A stretch of 64,000 nucleotides of DNA from contig QPMI01000144.1 of NCBI GenBank assembly GCA_004431415.1, positions 1-64,000 on the forward strand. Direction: 5' to 3'. How positions within the stretch are numbered: the stretch's first letter is position 1; every line of letters begins with the position of its first letter. The DNA is from Cyanophora paradoxa CCMP329 (lineage: Eukaryota; Plantae; Glaucophyta). Positions 1 through 11,980 of this stretch are shown piece after piece. Made by a program: the position numbers and the translations under genes. The notes beneath the pieces were generated by a model that was not told where the DNA came from, ran no database searches, and saw only the letters and a list, made by a program, of their open reading frames with translations.

Positions 1-1417
1 GCTGCGCGGGAGGAGTCAGCAAGGGCCCAGAACTCCGAGACTGAGTCTCGCAGCATGTCTAAGAGTTCTCCCTGTTCCTCGGACTCGTTGGCTGCGGCCG
101 CGAGGTCTTCCGCGACGCGGCGGATGTCCGCGGTCACCTCGGCCCGCTGGGCTGCGGCCGCCGAGTTGAGGGCGAAGCGGGTGTCCTTTGCCGCCCGAAT
201 GATCTCTGCCCAGAGGGCGTCGAACCAATCGAGCCACTCCGGCGTGCCCGTGTCGGGCACGTAGTTCCACCCGGCGAGGTGGCCGGCGCGCGCCGCTGGA
301 CGATCGTCTCGACCTTTTCCCGGAACCGCTGGGCTGCAGGATGCGATCGTCAAAGCGATATCGAGGCGTCGCGCGGGGGACGGCGGATGGAAGAAGGAAT
401 TCGGCGAAGACCGCGTCGTGGTCCGGCCGATGTTCCGGGCCCGCGCACAGAGCGACGCGACGGCAACGGCGCGGTCTGCGATCGAGAGCGCAGGGAAGAT
501 GTAGTCAAGGCGAGCAGCATCGGAGCGGGAGGGCGCGGCTTTTGAGGTGTAGTGCGTGAAGAGTGGCGTCGTCGGCATGCGCCGCCGGAGCACGTCTTCA
601 AGGCCGAGCTGCGCGAGGGCATCAGCCCAATGGTCGAAGGGTTGGTGCGTCCGGTGTCCGCGAGAGTCGAGAGCGGGGTCAGCGAACGCGTTGAAGTCGC
701 CGAGGAATATGAGGTGGGCGGCGCTGAACCGCGGGCTGCTGAAGCAGTCAGTCAGCTCTTCCGCGAGCTCGGCTTGCTTATCCGCGGCGTTCGGGGCATA
801 GATAGCTACGAGGATGATGGTCTCGGGCGGCCGGGGGGACGGCGACGGGAGGGTCAGCTCCACCGCGAGGACGTCGTCGGCCACCGCCGGGGCGAGCTCT
901 GGAAGAGGGAGCTCCCGCACGGCGAACGCGGCTGCCTTGCGCGGCCTGTTGCGAACAATAAAGGCGACCCCGCGCTTGTAACCTGCGCCAGACCGGTCGA
1001 GAGGCGCCGGGCGCGCGATGATGCGATGTGTGTGTTGGAAAGCCGCGGCGGCGGCACGGATGCTACCCGGTTCTGGCCGGAGTGCGGTGGTCCCGGCATC
1101 CTCCTGGTGCCAGCGGTGGTCGACAACTGCCAGGATGTCGGGGTCAGCTTCGCGGAGGAAGGTCGCGAGCCAGGCGATGCGGCTGGGGCCGCGGCTGCTC
1201 TGGGTGTTGATGGAAGCCACCCGAAGCGTCGGGAGGCGGTCAGGCAGCTCCGGCGCGGTCCCGATCGTCGGGATCTGCATGTTAGCCCTCTGGCGAGCGG
1301 GGTGGCTTGGGGAGGTTTTCGGACACGCTTCGGAGTCTCTGCGGGGGCCCACCGGTCGCCGCTATCCCGCGCGCCCTACTCTACGCTCCCGGCGTGCTCC
1401 CAGGGGGGTATCGAATC
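1..1417 (-). mobile_element. Non-LTR retrotransposon (LINE) 5' part: short leader plus APE endonuclease ORF from ATG 1280, running off the window
   Basis: Minus-strand translation from 1280 shows APE/EEP motifs LRVASINTQ, PDILAV, GVAFIV, VAIYAPN, LGDFNA, RLDYIF and (after a frameshift) PDHDAVF; GC-rich with an abrupt composition change at ~1410. Confidence 0.85.
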
Positions 1418-1418
1418 A

Positions 1419-1511
1419 ACCTGTTCTGGGATCATAGAACTTCTTAGCAATCTTCGACTCTTTTGGTGCTGTCTCAGCTGGGAGGGTCTCTGGAATTAAT
1501 TGCTTGACCAT
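1419..1511 (-). pseudogene. N-terminus of rve integrase of element 1, truncated by LINE
   Basis: MVKQLIPETLPAETAPKESKIAKKFYDPRTG aligns with the element-2 integrase start ASRIKQAYYDPETG; same position downstream of pPolB. Confidence 0.7.
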
Positions 1512-1658
1512 CTCTGATCTTTTTAATATTCGACTGCTCTTCTCCTCACTGGAACTGTGATGGGCAGAATATTCCCTCGATCTTCAATTGCTTCTTTTCT
1601 AACAATTCTGGTGGTTGTCTCAATCCTATTTGTGTAGAAGGCATCTTTACCTTATCTC

Positions 1659-4600
1659 TCATATAATAAATGCAAGACTCTGTGTGGAAGGAGAACACAA
1701 TTCCCAACTACTTTGCAATTGAGCCCAATGATCCAGGATTAAGATGTATATGGCTGCTGCATTTAATTCGCGGTTTGTTACTTCTTGGAGAGCGAAACCA
1801 AAGAAAAAGAAAGATTGATGAAGTAGATTAGAGCCCAAATGGATGCTGTGAATTCCATCGTCTAATATCTTCCTTTTGCTATCGAGTTGGTTTAGAGCCA
1901 CCCTTCTGCTCTCCAAATCATATAGGTTGTGGTCTTGTCTTCGCTTGTTTACTACTGCTACTGTTTTGGTGATTCCTTCAAACAAGCATCTTTGAAATCA
2001 TCAAAGTGAAACCTCTTTGGAGGAAGTCCCAGACATTTTTATTTTATCAAAGTCCAGTTCTGAAAGCATAGAGTTTCGATCTCAGACCTACATACTCCAC
2101 AATCTTTGCATTGGGAAACTCGTTTTTATATTTTACCTGGAATCAAGCGATTTCTCCTATCATAGAGAGGGTGGGCAGTATCATAATTACTGCAATCCAG
2201 GTGTTCAGAAATTCGCTTCATCTCATTATTTAGATCATTTGTATGCAGCAGTAGACAGAAAGAATCTGTATCATGGAATAGTAGCTCTGCTGTTTCCCAA
2301 GTTCTCCTCACCACATCATAAAAGAACCTGCTATTATGGAGTTTCGCGAAATCCAGCACAAAAGCACCAATTGCAACAGGTTTATCTAAGTGAACATGCT
2401 TTTGAGTACATCTCAAAGGCAACAGCTTTTTCGTTTAATACATTGGTTGCCTTGATGAGTGGACTTGCAGCATATTTCTTGCAGAGTTTCTCACTGTTAG
2501 CAATCTTAACCACAGAGCGACCCCTGCATGATTCGAGGCATTTACCATAGATTGCATTGTTCATTAATTTAAAGAAGTCACTCTCGAATCTGGACATAGA
2601 TTGGCGCCTCAGTTTCGTATTTAGATCAATATAACTCTTCATAAATGCAGAGGTTGCAAATGAGAGAACCCTGTGAACCTTCGTGATTATAATACCTTTG
2701 CTCACAAGATAGATCAAGAGAGGTTGGGAAATCACATAGTTGTTTTTGGGCGAGAATGTTGCTGTGAGTTTGGGGTCTTTGCTTATCTTCTCACCTGTGA
2801 TATCCAGTAGTTTTTGTTGATACCCACCCAGCATTTCGGTGGTGACATGTTCTTTATTAACTACAAGTGGAAAATCGTAATGATCTGTGAGAGTTTGTGG
2901 TATTCCAGGTCAACTTCAATAAAGGCACTTCGTCCTTGGGTCTCTTTAAGTGCCTCTGTGACATCTTCCCAACGAAAATCTCCAATGGGCAGTTCTTGAA
3001 TGAGAGCATAACCATACAGATTATTTGCATCCAAGAGAACTATATGGTCATCTGGGTTTTCCACCTTTGCATATCGAGTAGGCATTGTAGCAAACCCACC
3101 TCGAATTGCCCTCTCAATAAATTCGTATTGCCCTACATCACTGATCTGCTCGATCTTTGCTCTGGTGTAAATTAGCATTGCATCCCAGGACAATCCAGGA
3201 GCCGAAACATAATGGGCAGGATCTAATCCATATTGGGAAAACGCCAATTCTCGGAATTTCTGGAATTTACCCATTAGATCACTTGCATCCACTGCCTGGA
3301 AGTCCATGAAGTGCGAAGCATCTATGAATTTCCACATGCCCCATTGCAGAGAGAGGTATTGATCGAAATTCTTGCTCAGGATCTCAACACGAAGTTTATC
3401 ATCTTGCTGTGCAATTTTGCGGAATATTTCGTGTCCACATTCATCCATGTGATCCACCACAATTGCTACTTTCGTTTGCTTTGAGATTCTCCTGTGGAGG
3501 TTGCAGTTTCGGCATGCTTTTCCAATAAAAGCTCCTGATTGATGACAATGGTCTCTCACTGGGAAATTCTCATGGGTAAATCGTTCAGCACAGATATAAC
3601 AGTGTTTAGTGATCTTGTATTGTGCTTTCTGCTCCTCTGTGAGTGGATGCATGGGAATATTGGTGAATAGAGTGCGAATTACTTGGGGTCTGATCTCTGT
3701 GAGAGTGGTAAACAGAGCACCAAGGGGATCTGATCCATCAAAATAATGAGAGATCACCTCATCCCCCATCACAACTGTTAGAGAAACCGATTTTACCTCT
3801 CTCTTACTGCGGTTCTCATCAATTGGAACCGAGTGACTATCCATTTTCACATAGCAGATAGCGGGAAGCCACACAGTTTTGCGAAGGTGTTGCAGACCAA
3901 ATGCAATGTGACTTCCAGATTTCGGGCATTTACCTTTGCTCTCCCTCCAATCAATGCAGCGATTCGCTTCTATATGTACATCCAGCTTCTCCTGAGTTCT
4001 GAAACGAGACAGACAGGTCTCACAGTAATAAATGCGACCATCATGGGCTTTATCAAAGGTGGTTTTCAGAAGTCTACTCAGAGACATGATGGTGATATAA
4101 TGCCCTCTATCATCCTCTTCGTTTTCGATTATAAAAGGTTAATCTTGGTCTTTCTCCTGGGGTTGCTGGATTGGTGGAGAGGATAGAAACACTGTGCAGT
4201 ATTATCTGCCCCATAAATGTTGATACTCAGTTCAGGGTTCTGCTCCTCAAATCGATCAATCACCTCTGCATCACAGGCAACTGGAAATTGGATGCCCTCG
4301 AAATTGAGTTCGTTCAACCATCTTCTATACTGGCTGGGTTCATTGCTCTTGTGTTTATTAATATCATTTCGGTGCAGGTAAGCCAAGATTGCATACTTGA
4401 AGCAGTCTTGACCATCAATATTCTTCACATTCACAGTTGCTCTCTTTAATCCAATCCACTCAGGTGTTGAGAAGAAGCAACCACCCACAGGAGCATAGGA
4501 CATTATTACTACTCTGAGCATCTCAATGCGATCCAGTCTGTAACTGTCAACTTGCATCATCTGCTCCTGCATGGATTGAAGGGCATTTCGCAGTTCAACA

Positions 4601-5102
4601 TCAATATTTCGTGATCTTGTGATGACAAAGTAATCACTGTAAATGAATTTGGTGATCCACACCCTTGGATCACTCACTTTGGTGAATTTACAAATGAAGG
4701 TCAACCGAGTCTTAATTGCTCTCAGGTCTTGGAGTTTCTGTCTGAGTCTCTGAGGTAGAGTGGGTGCAATTCTCTCCAAGAATTCAATCCATCTTGGATA
4801 ACCTCCCCTCTTGCTCGATAGGTTAACCAAGAATATGCTTTGTTCATTGCTTCCCATCCTCAATCTCGGTTCAATTGTTCCCAACCTTAAACCTTCATCC
4901 CTGAATTCCTCCATTTTCTCAAACGATCATAGAGGCGATTTGTAATTTCTGTGAGTTGAGATAACCTTGGTCTCCTATCCAAGATTGCTGCCTGGCGATC
5001 ATATTCGAATTCTGTAATATCACCAGTAACTAAAAGGGTTCCTAAAAGACCGAGTATTTCGTTTTTCTTCTCTTTGATGATTCTATTGGATTGGCGGGGC
5101 AT
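1659..5102 (-). CDS. Protein-primed family B DNA polymerase (Maverick/Adintovirus type), in several frameshifted pieces
   Basis: ORFs 4887-5102, 4129-4914, 2861-4087, 2382-2834, 2126-2422, 1659-1985 carry CFKYAIL, DHCH..GKACRNCNL, YGLDPAHYVSAPGLSWDAML, AIRGG, DANNLYGYAL, KLMNNAIYGK, HDTDS, DSKRKILDDGI. Confidence 0.9.
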
Positions 5103-5157
5103 CTTTTACTTTAAGGAACATATTATTTTTGGGCATTTTAAACGCATTTCCCATTTT

Positions 5158-5349
5158 TCAGGTTCTGATAATTCGCACATTCGTGCCTTTGGGGACATAT
5201 ACATTTACTGTGTCGAGTCTGCTTGCATAAACACGCTTCTTTTGATAGGGTCTACCGTTAATTGCTTTGATCTTTGCAATATAATCCGCCACCTCTGCAA
5301 TATCATTCTTTTCGACAAGCTGCCGCCGAATTTCATCGAAATAATCCAT
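5158..5349 (-). CDS. Small hypothetical viral protein
   Basis: 63-aa ATG ORF, co-oriented, filling the gap upstream of pPolB. Confidence 0.5.
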   Translation of the reverse strand: MDYFDEIRRQLVEKNDIAEVADYIAKIKAINGRPYQKKRVYASRLDTVNVYVPKGTNVRIIRT

Positions 5350-5490
5350 TTTCTGTCTTAGTCAAGTGAAACACGCAACGATCCCTTAAATCGCCAGTCA
5401 ATTTTTGTCACAACACACCGATTTCCGATACGTTTGATATCCTTCGATTATTCTTCGGAAAAGTGATCGACCCACAGGGGGAGTCTGTGG

Positions 5491-5634
5491 TTAATTGGGT
5501 GTGACGGTGTGACAGGTGTGACACCTATTTTCAAACTTTTTAAACTTTTTAAAAATCCTCAGACTCCTGAAAACACCTGTCACACCTGTCACACCCGTCA
5601 CAGTCAATTAAAATACCTGTCACACCTGTCACAC
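5491..5634. promoter_or_regulatory. Candidate replication origin: inverted 9-bp iterons (GGTGTGACA/TGTCACACC) around an AT-rich spacer
   Basis: 3 forward and 5 reverse iterons flank ~50 bp of AT-rich DNA, immediately 3' of the helicase gene. Confidence 0.6.
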
Positions 5635-5700
5635 AAACCATTTACAGTAAGGGTTTTAAAAAATTAGAAATTCACAGTATAAGTATTGATTCCGTTTTAT

Positions 5701-8121
5701 TTACTCATCCCCAACCTCCTCATCACTGTCATCCATCAATCTGCGACCATGCTTCTTTATGATCCCAAAGTAACCACGGCAAAGTACACCATTCACTCGT
5801 TTTCTGTCAGACTTCACATTAAAGACTTCGCGAAGTCTCTTCATAATGGTGCAATCTGAGATTTTCTCATCAGATTTGCCCATGTGGTCTCTCTTGAAGT
5901 CACTCATGATGGACTCACTTGTAGTGAAATCGCCTTGACTCTTGGTGAGTTCATAATTCTCTCGAATCCACTCTCCAATCTTGTCATTCTCATTGAAATA
6001 CTCCATACCTTGATCAACAATGGACTGGGGAGGTTTGGTGACGAATGTATTGAGAGAATGGGTTCTCCACATTTCCAGGAGAATGGACATATGCGCCATT
6101 TTATAATCATCATCATTCTTCATGAGGCGCATGAGAGTGGTGTCTGCCTTCTTCTCACCAGGTTGAGGTTCCACCTTGAAGACATTTTCGAATCGGTAGT
6201 AGATAATTCGCCTTTGGATTGCTGCATCTGGTTTACTGATTCCCAGATTGTCATTTGTAGACAAGAACAACTGGAACATGGGAATGAATGTTACAAGATC
6301 TTTGAATAGAGTTCGAACCTTCATCTCATTCCCACCAGTAACTTGTTTGATTTTGTTCAGTTGAAGCATATCACCATCTTCTGCTTCATTACTGAAAACA
6401 ATTCGTTTACCAAGGATGCAAGCGAGTTCTGGGGAAGCCTCTGATGAACTCTTCTTGGTTTCGTCCAATAGGTCATATCCAGTGACCCATAGTATTCACC
6501 AAATGTGTCTTTCACCAACTCTTGGAGCAGAGATTTCCCATTTGCTCCAATTCCAGTCCAACAAGTGTATCTCTGATTTTCTGTCAAACCACTCAGGGCA
6601 TAGGCGATTAATCCCAACATAAATTCGCGGTCTGTATCCGATTCAATAATATCTGCATAGATGGACTTAATCTTTGCAACCTTCTCTTGGTCGATTTCTG
6701 TGGTATAATCGTAGCCAACAGTCTTGCTCACCATATCATCTGGGAGTCCCTGTCGAAAAGTCATGGAGTTCAAGTCAAATACACCATTTGTGAATCCTAT
6801 GATGTTGGGAACAGTATCAAGTCTCTCGAAAAAGGTCTTGTCACTGAACAGAACTGAAAGATCAGACATAAGTGCAGTTCTGTATGTAGTCTGTTTGAGG
6901 CTCTTAGCAATTCCCAGCAGAATCTTTGACCTTTCCTCCAAGGAATTGCGGTTCTCTTCATCACGAAGAGCTCTCTGTGCGAGTTGAACAGAACGTTGAA
7001 GATAAACTGGACAGACCTTGCAGCTCAAACAGAGAAAGATTCGCTTCCCAGTTTCATCCAACTCCCAAATCCCACATATATCATTGAACTTGAACCAGGT
7101 CTTGTTGGAATACTTGTATTTGTCTTGCAGAACAAGATAGGCAACCTGTGCAACATCATAATGGGCACCATCAGATCCAGCAGACCGATCAATCAGATTT
7201 TCGATCTTCACATCTGTCTCTTCCTTCACACGAACAGTGATGCTTCGCTTCTTGCAGTTTGCACTGTAACTCGAAACAATGTACTTGTCTTTCTCCTTCC
7301 CTTGAATAATATACCAATTGTTTGAGTCATGGCTTCCCTTGCAGCAGGGACAGATCAGACCTTTGTTCTCAGCAGTGAAATTGTATCCCATCTTGGTCTC
7401 ATTGATGATTGTGGGCAAGATGAAACCGAATTCTTCGAGTTTAGAAAGAATGTGTTTCTGCAAATTCTCCTCAATGCTCCTCACAATATAAGAATGTGCA
7501 CCTTTGGGGAATTCGTAGTTGTCAACAATCCACTTTTGCAACTCAGCAGTGGGTTCATTTAACTCACACTCAGATGCCCATGGCTCTCTGATCCAGGTTT
7601 TGTTGGGACTGGACAAACATTAATTACCCCAGCAGTCCCAGTGGATGCAATTGTTTTGCAATCGATCTTGGGGTTTCCTTTGAATGCACCCGCTTTATCC
7701 AGATCTTAATGGTGTCGAATTCAGCAGGTCGAGCGAAGAATGCATGATATCCTTTTTTGGTTTTAGCAAGAGGATTGACACCACCGAAATCATCAGGGAA
7801 TTGCTCCTCGAATTTGGCGAAATCCTCCTCTTGGTCAAAGTCAATTACCATGATATTACGAGCGAGAATGCCCCAAGCAGTATACTTACCGGATTTCAGG
7901 GCTTCATCGAATTTATCCCAATTCCAGGCTCCGTCTTTATGAGCGAAAAGGGGTTTTTTGGTATCAGGATCAACAGGAATTACGAGATTCTCAGACAGGA
8001 CATCGTCTTCACGAAGCCAGTCAACAAGGCGTTTCAGGATTTCTTGGCGGCAGCGTTCATTTCGAAAATCGGGGGCTTCTTATACTTAATGGAGAAATTA
8101 ATTTCTCCGGATCCTTGTCAT
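5701..8121 (-). CDS. Prim-Pol primase fused to D5-like SF3 helicase (frameshifted; start uncertain, ~8060-8121)
   Basis: VIDFD..KTKKGYHAFF (Prim-Pol), CPCC..H Zn site, IIGFTNGVFDL (D5_N), Walker A GIGANGKS, VFSNE, KQVTGG, RRI. Confidence 0.9.
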
Positions 8122-8254
8122 TTTTTGGCGCCTAACCTTTAAATACCTTTGGGTTTTCCGATTGGCGCTCGATATATGGTAATGATCCATCGAAACGTCG
8201 ATTGATCATGGTAACAAAAAGGATTCAGCGGATATTTGGGACTTTGGGGGCGGT

Positions 8255-8482
8255 TCAGTATTTCCTGGGACGACCAACTGGGCGTTTTACTGGATTATTG
8301 GGATCCATCTCAGCAGCTTTCCTGCGATAATATCGTTCCAGTGCCTTTTTACGATATAATTCACGAAACTCCTCATCTTGATAGCGTTTCTGGAAGTACA
8401 AGCGGTCATACAACCTTTTCCTCTCATTGGGATCCATTTCGCTCATTGCAAGTTCGAATTCGACCACAGATTCAGTTTCCAT
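8255..8482 (-). CDS. Small basic protein with AT-hook
   Basis: KRPVGRPRKY AT-hook; RYQDEEFRE..ERYYR resembles 48401-48676. Confidence 0.7.
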   Translation of the reverse strand: METESVVEFELAMSEMDPNERKRLYDRLYFQKRYQDEEFRELYRKKALERYYRRKAAEMDPNNPVKRPVGRPRKY

Positions 8483-8683
8483 TTGATATGTTCCTTATAA
8501 TGGGACGAGAAAATAATTTGTCCGGGTTCACCAATCAAACACACCTTACCCTTAAATCCCTTGTCATTTTTTGCAGATCGAGACCAGTTCCTGTCTACGC
8601 TTTTTTATTGCGGCTTCGGATGCATATTCAGCGGATTTCCTGTCAAGGAGAGCATAGATCTCAGAGAGACTGAGCATTCGATA

Positions 8684-8917
8684 TTAATTACCGAGATTTA
8701 ATTTTGGATCTGTGAAAGATACAGAGCGTCGCCTCACAGTCTCTGTTTTAATATGCTCCTCGAAATCCACCGAGTCTGTGGATAATCTCCTACCACCAGA
8801 TCCGTGGCTTTCAGTATCTGAAAACTCGATTTCGACTTTGGTTTCACAGCAGCCACTGTGACAATTGCTCACAATGTGGAGATTAAACATCTCTATGATT
8901 TTTCGCAAGAAATCCAT
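8684..8917 (-). CDS. Small conserved protein with N-terminal amphipathic helix and CCET motif
   Basis: MDFLRKIIEMFNL..SGCCETKVEIEFSDTE homologous to the start of 63398-63802. Confidence 0.75.
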   Translation of the reverse strand: MDFLRKIIEMFNLHIVSNCHSGCCETKVEIEFSDTESHGSGGRRLSTDSVDFEEHIKTETVRRRSVSFTDPKLNLGN

Positions 8918-8944
8918 GATGCTCTCTCTCTTAATGCGAGATAA

Positions 8945-9679
8945 TTAAAGCCATACTCGTCGTTTATATACTGTTGGGGCAACACCTTTATCGACCTCTG
9001 ATTTGGTAGCACCAGGTTCAATGGTGCCCTTCTGGGTTTTGGTCTTCATCTCATCAACTGCCTGCTCATCGATTTGAGTTTCTTTCTTACCAATGAATTG
9101 CTTATCTGGGAGACCAGTGATTCCCATTCTGTACACCTCCTTTCGCAGCATCTCCTTCAATTTCGCTCTCTCTTTCTTCTCAGAGACATACTGTTCGAGA
9201 GCACTCGATTTCGCTTCCAGATCTTTCAGTTTCGCAGTCATTTCGTCCCATTGGGCTTTGGGAATTCGATGAATATTCTGTGTAGGTGCGACCTTGTAGG
9301 TGACCTCACCAGCCATGGATTGAATTACCTTGTCTGATTCTTTGGAGACACCTTCACCTTTGCGAGCCAGTGAGAGATCTTGCAGACCCAGTCCTTTATC
9401 ATCAGCAGCACCAATAATTCGACGAGCACCTTCACCAACTGCCTTCATCTTAGAGGTTTCGGGCGAAATATTGAGTTGATCACTGGTGGATGCTTGGGGC
9501 GCTTTATCATCTGGTGATTCTTCGTAAGCAGCATTAAGGGGATCCTCCTGTTGCTGTGATGCTTTCACTTCATTGACACCATTGAATTTCATGGGATCTG
9601 TGTTAATAGAACCGGTTCCAGAGGATGCAGAATATGACATAGCACCAGCAGGAACACCAACTTTGCGTTTGGAAGGCAT
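8945..9679 (-). CDS. Conserved hypothetical protein with coiled coil (possible virion core protein)
   Basis: Shares KLKDLEAKS..KERAKLKEMLR with 48872-49663; syntenic with the ATPase. Confidence 0.75.
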   Translation of the reverse strand: MPSKRKVGVPAGAMSYSASSGTGSINTDPMKFNGVNEVKASQQQEDPLNAAYEESPDDKAPQASTSDQLNISPETSKMKAVGEGARRIIGAADDKGLGLQDLSLARKGEGVSKESDKVIQSMAGEVTYKVAPTQNIHRIPKAQWDEMTAKLKDLEAKSSALEQYVSEKKERAKLKEMLRKEVYRMGITGLPDKQFIGKKETQIDEQAVDEMKTKTQKGTIEPGATKSEVDKGVAPTVYKRRVWL

Positions 9680-9707
9680 TGTATATTTATTAGAAGCAGA
9701 GATTATT

Positions 9708-10490
9708 TTACAAACCTCTCTTATATCGCATCAGTTTATTCGAATGAACACCACTCTTGACCTCTTTGGGGGCTTCCTCTTTCTGTGGAGGTGGTAATTC
9801 GTCCTCTTTCTTTTTGGGCTTCCTGTGGAACCGAGGAAATGGGAAATCTTTGACCAGATCCGCTTTATCAACATAATAGTTCACCGAATAATTCGCAGAA
9901 GACCACACAATATATTGGTAGGAGTGTACATACTCTTCAAACATCTTATAGAAATCGTCTTTGTTTCGCATGATATTGTATTCCTCTTCAATTGCTTCGA
10001 GCTCTTTGCGATTAGCAGCACTCAGGAACACAGCATAATCCGAATTTACTCGAATTGTTGATGAAACCTTCCTCAGCTTCTGTGTGATGCAGATAATCGA
10101 GATTTTTGAATGGCGACCTCTGGAATAGAGAGATCCCACGATTTTGTCTCGGGTCAAATCAATAATTTCGTTGTCTATGAGATCATCTAAGACCACACAC
10201 AGGTGATTAACAGGTTCCCCTTTTTCGATTTTCTCCTGCCTTTCATCCAGTAATTTAGAAATGTAAGCAGCATCCCATTTCCCAAGTTGCAATGTTGCTA
10301 CTGCATCCCAAAAATGATTGAAGGACGTCCCACTCACAACAAGAACAGTATCAATCTTTTTCGCATCATGCAGCTGTTTCAACCAATATTTCACACATTC
10401 TGACTTGCCTGTTGCAGACTTTCCTATGAAAAGAGCACGAAATGGTGGGGTAATCATCTCAGATGCAACAAACTCCTCTAAATCGTTCAT
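9708..10490 (-). CDS. A32/FtsK-HerA-like DNA packaging ATPase
   Basis: Walker A GKSATGKS, Walker B VVLDD, RGRHSKIS, ITQ, IRVNSDY. Confidence 0.92.
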   Translation of the reverse strand: MNDLEEFVASEMITPPFRALFIGKSATGKSECVKYWLKQLHDAKKIDTVLVVSGTSFNHFWDAVATLQLGKWDAAYISKLLDERQEKIEKGEPVNHLCVVLDDLIDNEIIDLTRDKIVGSLYSRGRHSKISIICITQKLRKVSSTIRVNSDYAVFLSAANRKELEAIEEEYNIMRNKDDFYKMFEEYVHSYQYIVWSSANYSVNYYVDKADLVKDFPFPRFHRKPKKKEDELPPPQKEEAPKEVKSGVHSNKLMRYKRGL

Positions 10491-10552
10491 GGCTTTGTAG
10501 ATCTTTCTTATTAAAGATAGATAAAAATAACGAACTGTTACTGATCATGGTT

Positions 10553-11926
10553 TTAGAGATTAATGCGTCGGAGCCCATCTTTGTCAACAATAATGAAACT
10601 GTGCATGAGAGCACGAACATTAACTGTGATTGTCTGGTCAGAAGGCATGTATAGAGTGAGGAAAGAGGAGGAGGAGTTCGTGAGATCAACATAGCCAGAC
10701 TGGGCAATGTTGCGAATCGCTTTCTCTCCATCAACACAGAATGGTAGACCACTGAGGACATATTTGTCTGCAACCTTGTCCATATTTGAGCACTTGAAGG
10801 CATCCGCAATTAATTCGGCACCTTTGAGGAGAGGGATGGGCTCAGTAGCATAGAGACGTTGACCATTAATTTCAACAGTGAAAGTAATGTCTTTTGAGTT
10901 AGCATGCGTTTTTAGGACACTGTGGGAACCATTGAAACCATCAATACCTGCGGCATCACGAACTGAAACAAGAAGACCATAGACAAGCCCAGAGATCTGT
11001 GACAGGTTAATACGATTTGGTTGAGCATTGCCTTTTGCAGCAAAATTGACACTGTCTACGAAACCAATATCCAGAGCAGGAATAGCCATACCAGTGGTCT
11101 TCACCTTCTCAATGACAGTAGCAAACAGTTCATCAGAAACATTAATAGCATGCATGTAAAGACGAGGAGAAGTGACTTTAATTTCGGGGGTTGTTGTTGC
11201 ACCAATTCCAAAAGTGGTGATTTGTTGACCAACATGGGCAAGAGTAGCATTAGCAGTAGCACCAAGTCCATCATCCTCTGTCTTATCAGCAGCTGTTCCA
11301 CCAACAACAGGAAGAGCACGACCACCATAAGAAGTCTCAACATAACCCTTTCCAGCATCCTTGAACCAGACAGTTACCACCATTTCTCCTGAGAGAGCAC
11401 CAAGAGGTAGGTAGTGGTTTAGCCATGGGACTGGGATTTCAGTGAAAAATGACCCACCAAGTCGGTTGGTTCCATGGGCAGGGATACCATGAACCATTCC
11501 CATTGAACGCTTCTTCTTGGCGAGTTGATCCTCACTGTAATAGATAAGAGGGAAATGAGCGAGGAAATCAGAAGGCACATGGAAGGTGTAAGATCCATAG
11601 GTAATTTCAAGTCGAGAGACAAGAGCACCAACTGGGCGAACGTATCCATTGCGAACAAGGTCGGTATCACCAGCAAAAGTGACAGCTGGAAGGTCAAACG
11701 CAAGTTCGAGTTTTCCACAGAAATTGTAGCGAGGGAGCTTGAAAGAAATGCGATTTCCAGCATTATTCTCGAAAGTGTTGCTTGGGTTCACAACAACAAG
11801 AACTGGCTTCGACTTGGATTCAAGACCAAGCATGAGAGAGTTGTCCAGGAAAAACGCCTTGGCTTCTTCCGGGGTTGTTAGAGCTTCTTTCAGAGAAAGA
11901 CGTTGGAGGGTCGAAGTAATATCCAT
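10553..11926 (-). CDS. Major capsid protein (predicted double jelly-roll)
   Basis: ~457 aa, beta-rich, between ATPase and minor capsid gene; most conserved protein between the two elements. Confidence 0.82.
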   Translation of the reverse strand: MDITSTLQRLSLKEALTTPEEAKAFFLDNSLMLGLESKSKPVLVVVNPSNTFENNAGNRISFKLPRYNFCGKLELAFDLPAVTFAGDTDLVRNGYVRPVGALVSRLEITYGSYTFHVPSDFLAHFPLIYYSEDQLAKKKRSMGMVHGIPAHGTNRLGGSFFTEIPVPWLNHYLPLGALSGEMVVTVWFKDAGKGYVETSYGGRALPVVGGTAADKTEDDGLGATANATLAHVGQQITTFGIGATTTPEIKVTSPRLYMHAINVSDELFATVIEKVKTTGMAIPALDIGFVDSVNFAAKGNAQPNRINLSQISGLVYGLLVSVRDAAGIDGFNGSHSVLKTHANSKDITFTVEINGQRLYATEPIPLLKGAELIADAFKCSNMDKVADKYVLSGLPFCVDGEKAIRNIAQSGYVDLTNSSSSFLTLYMPSDQTITVNVRALMHSFIIVDKDGLRRINL

Positions 11927-11980
11927 GATTATCTCTTTTATTATACTGCAACATAAAAAATTCACCAATGATCCTTGATT

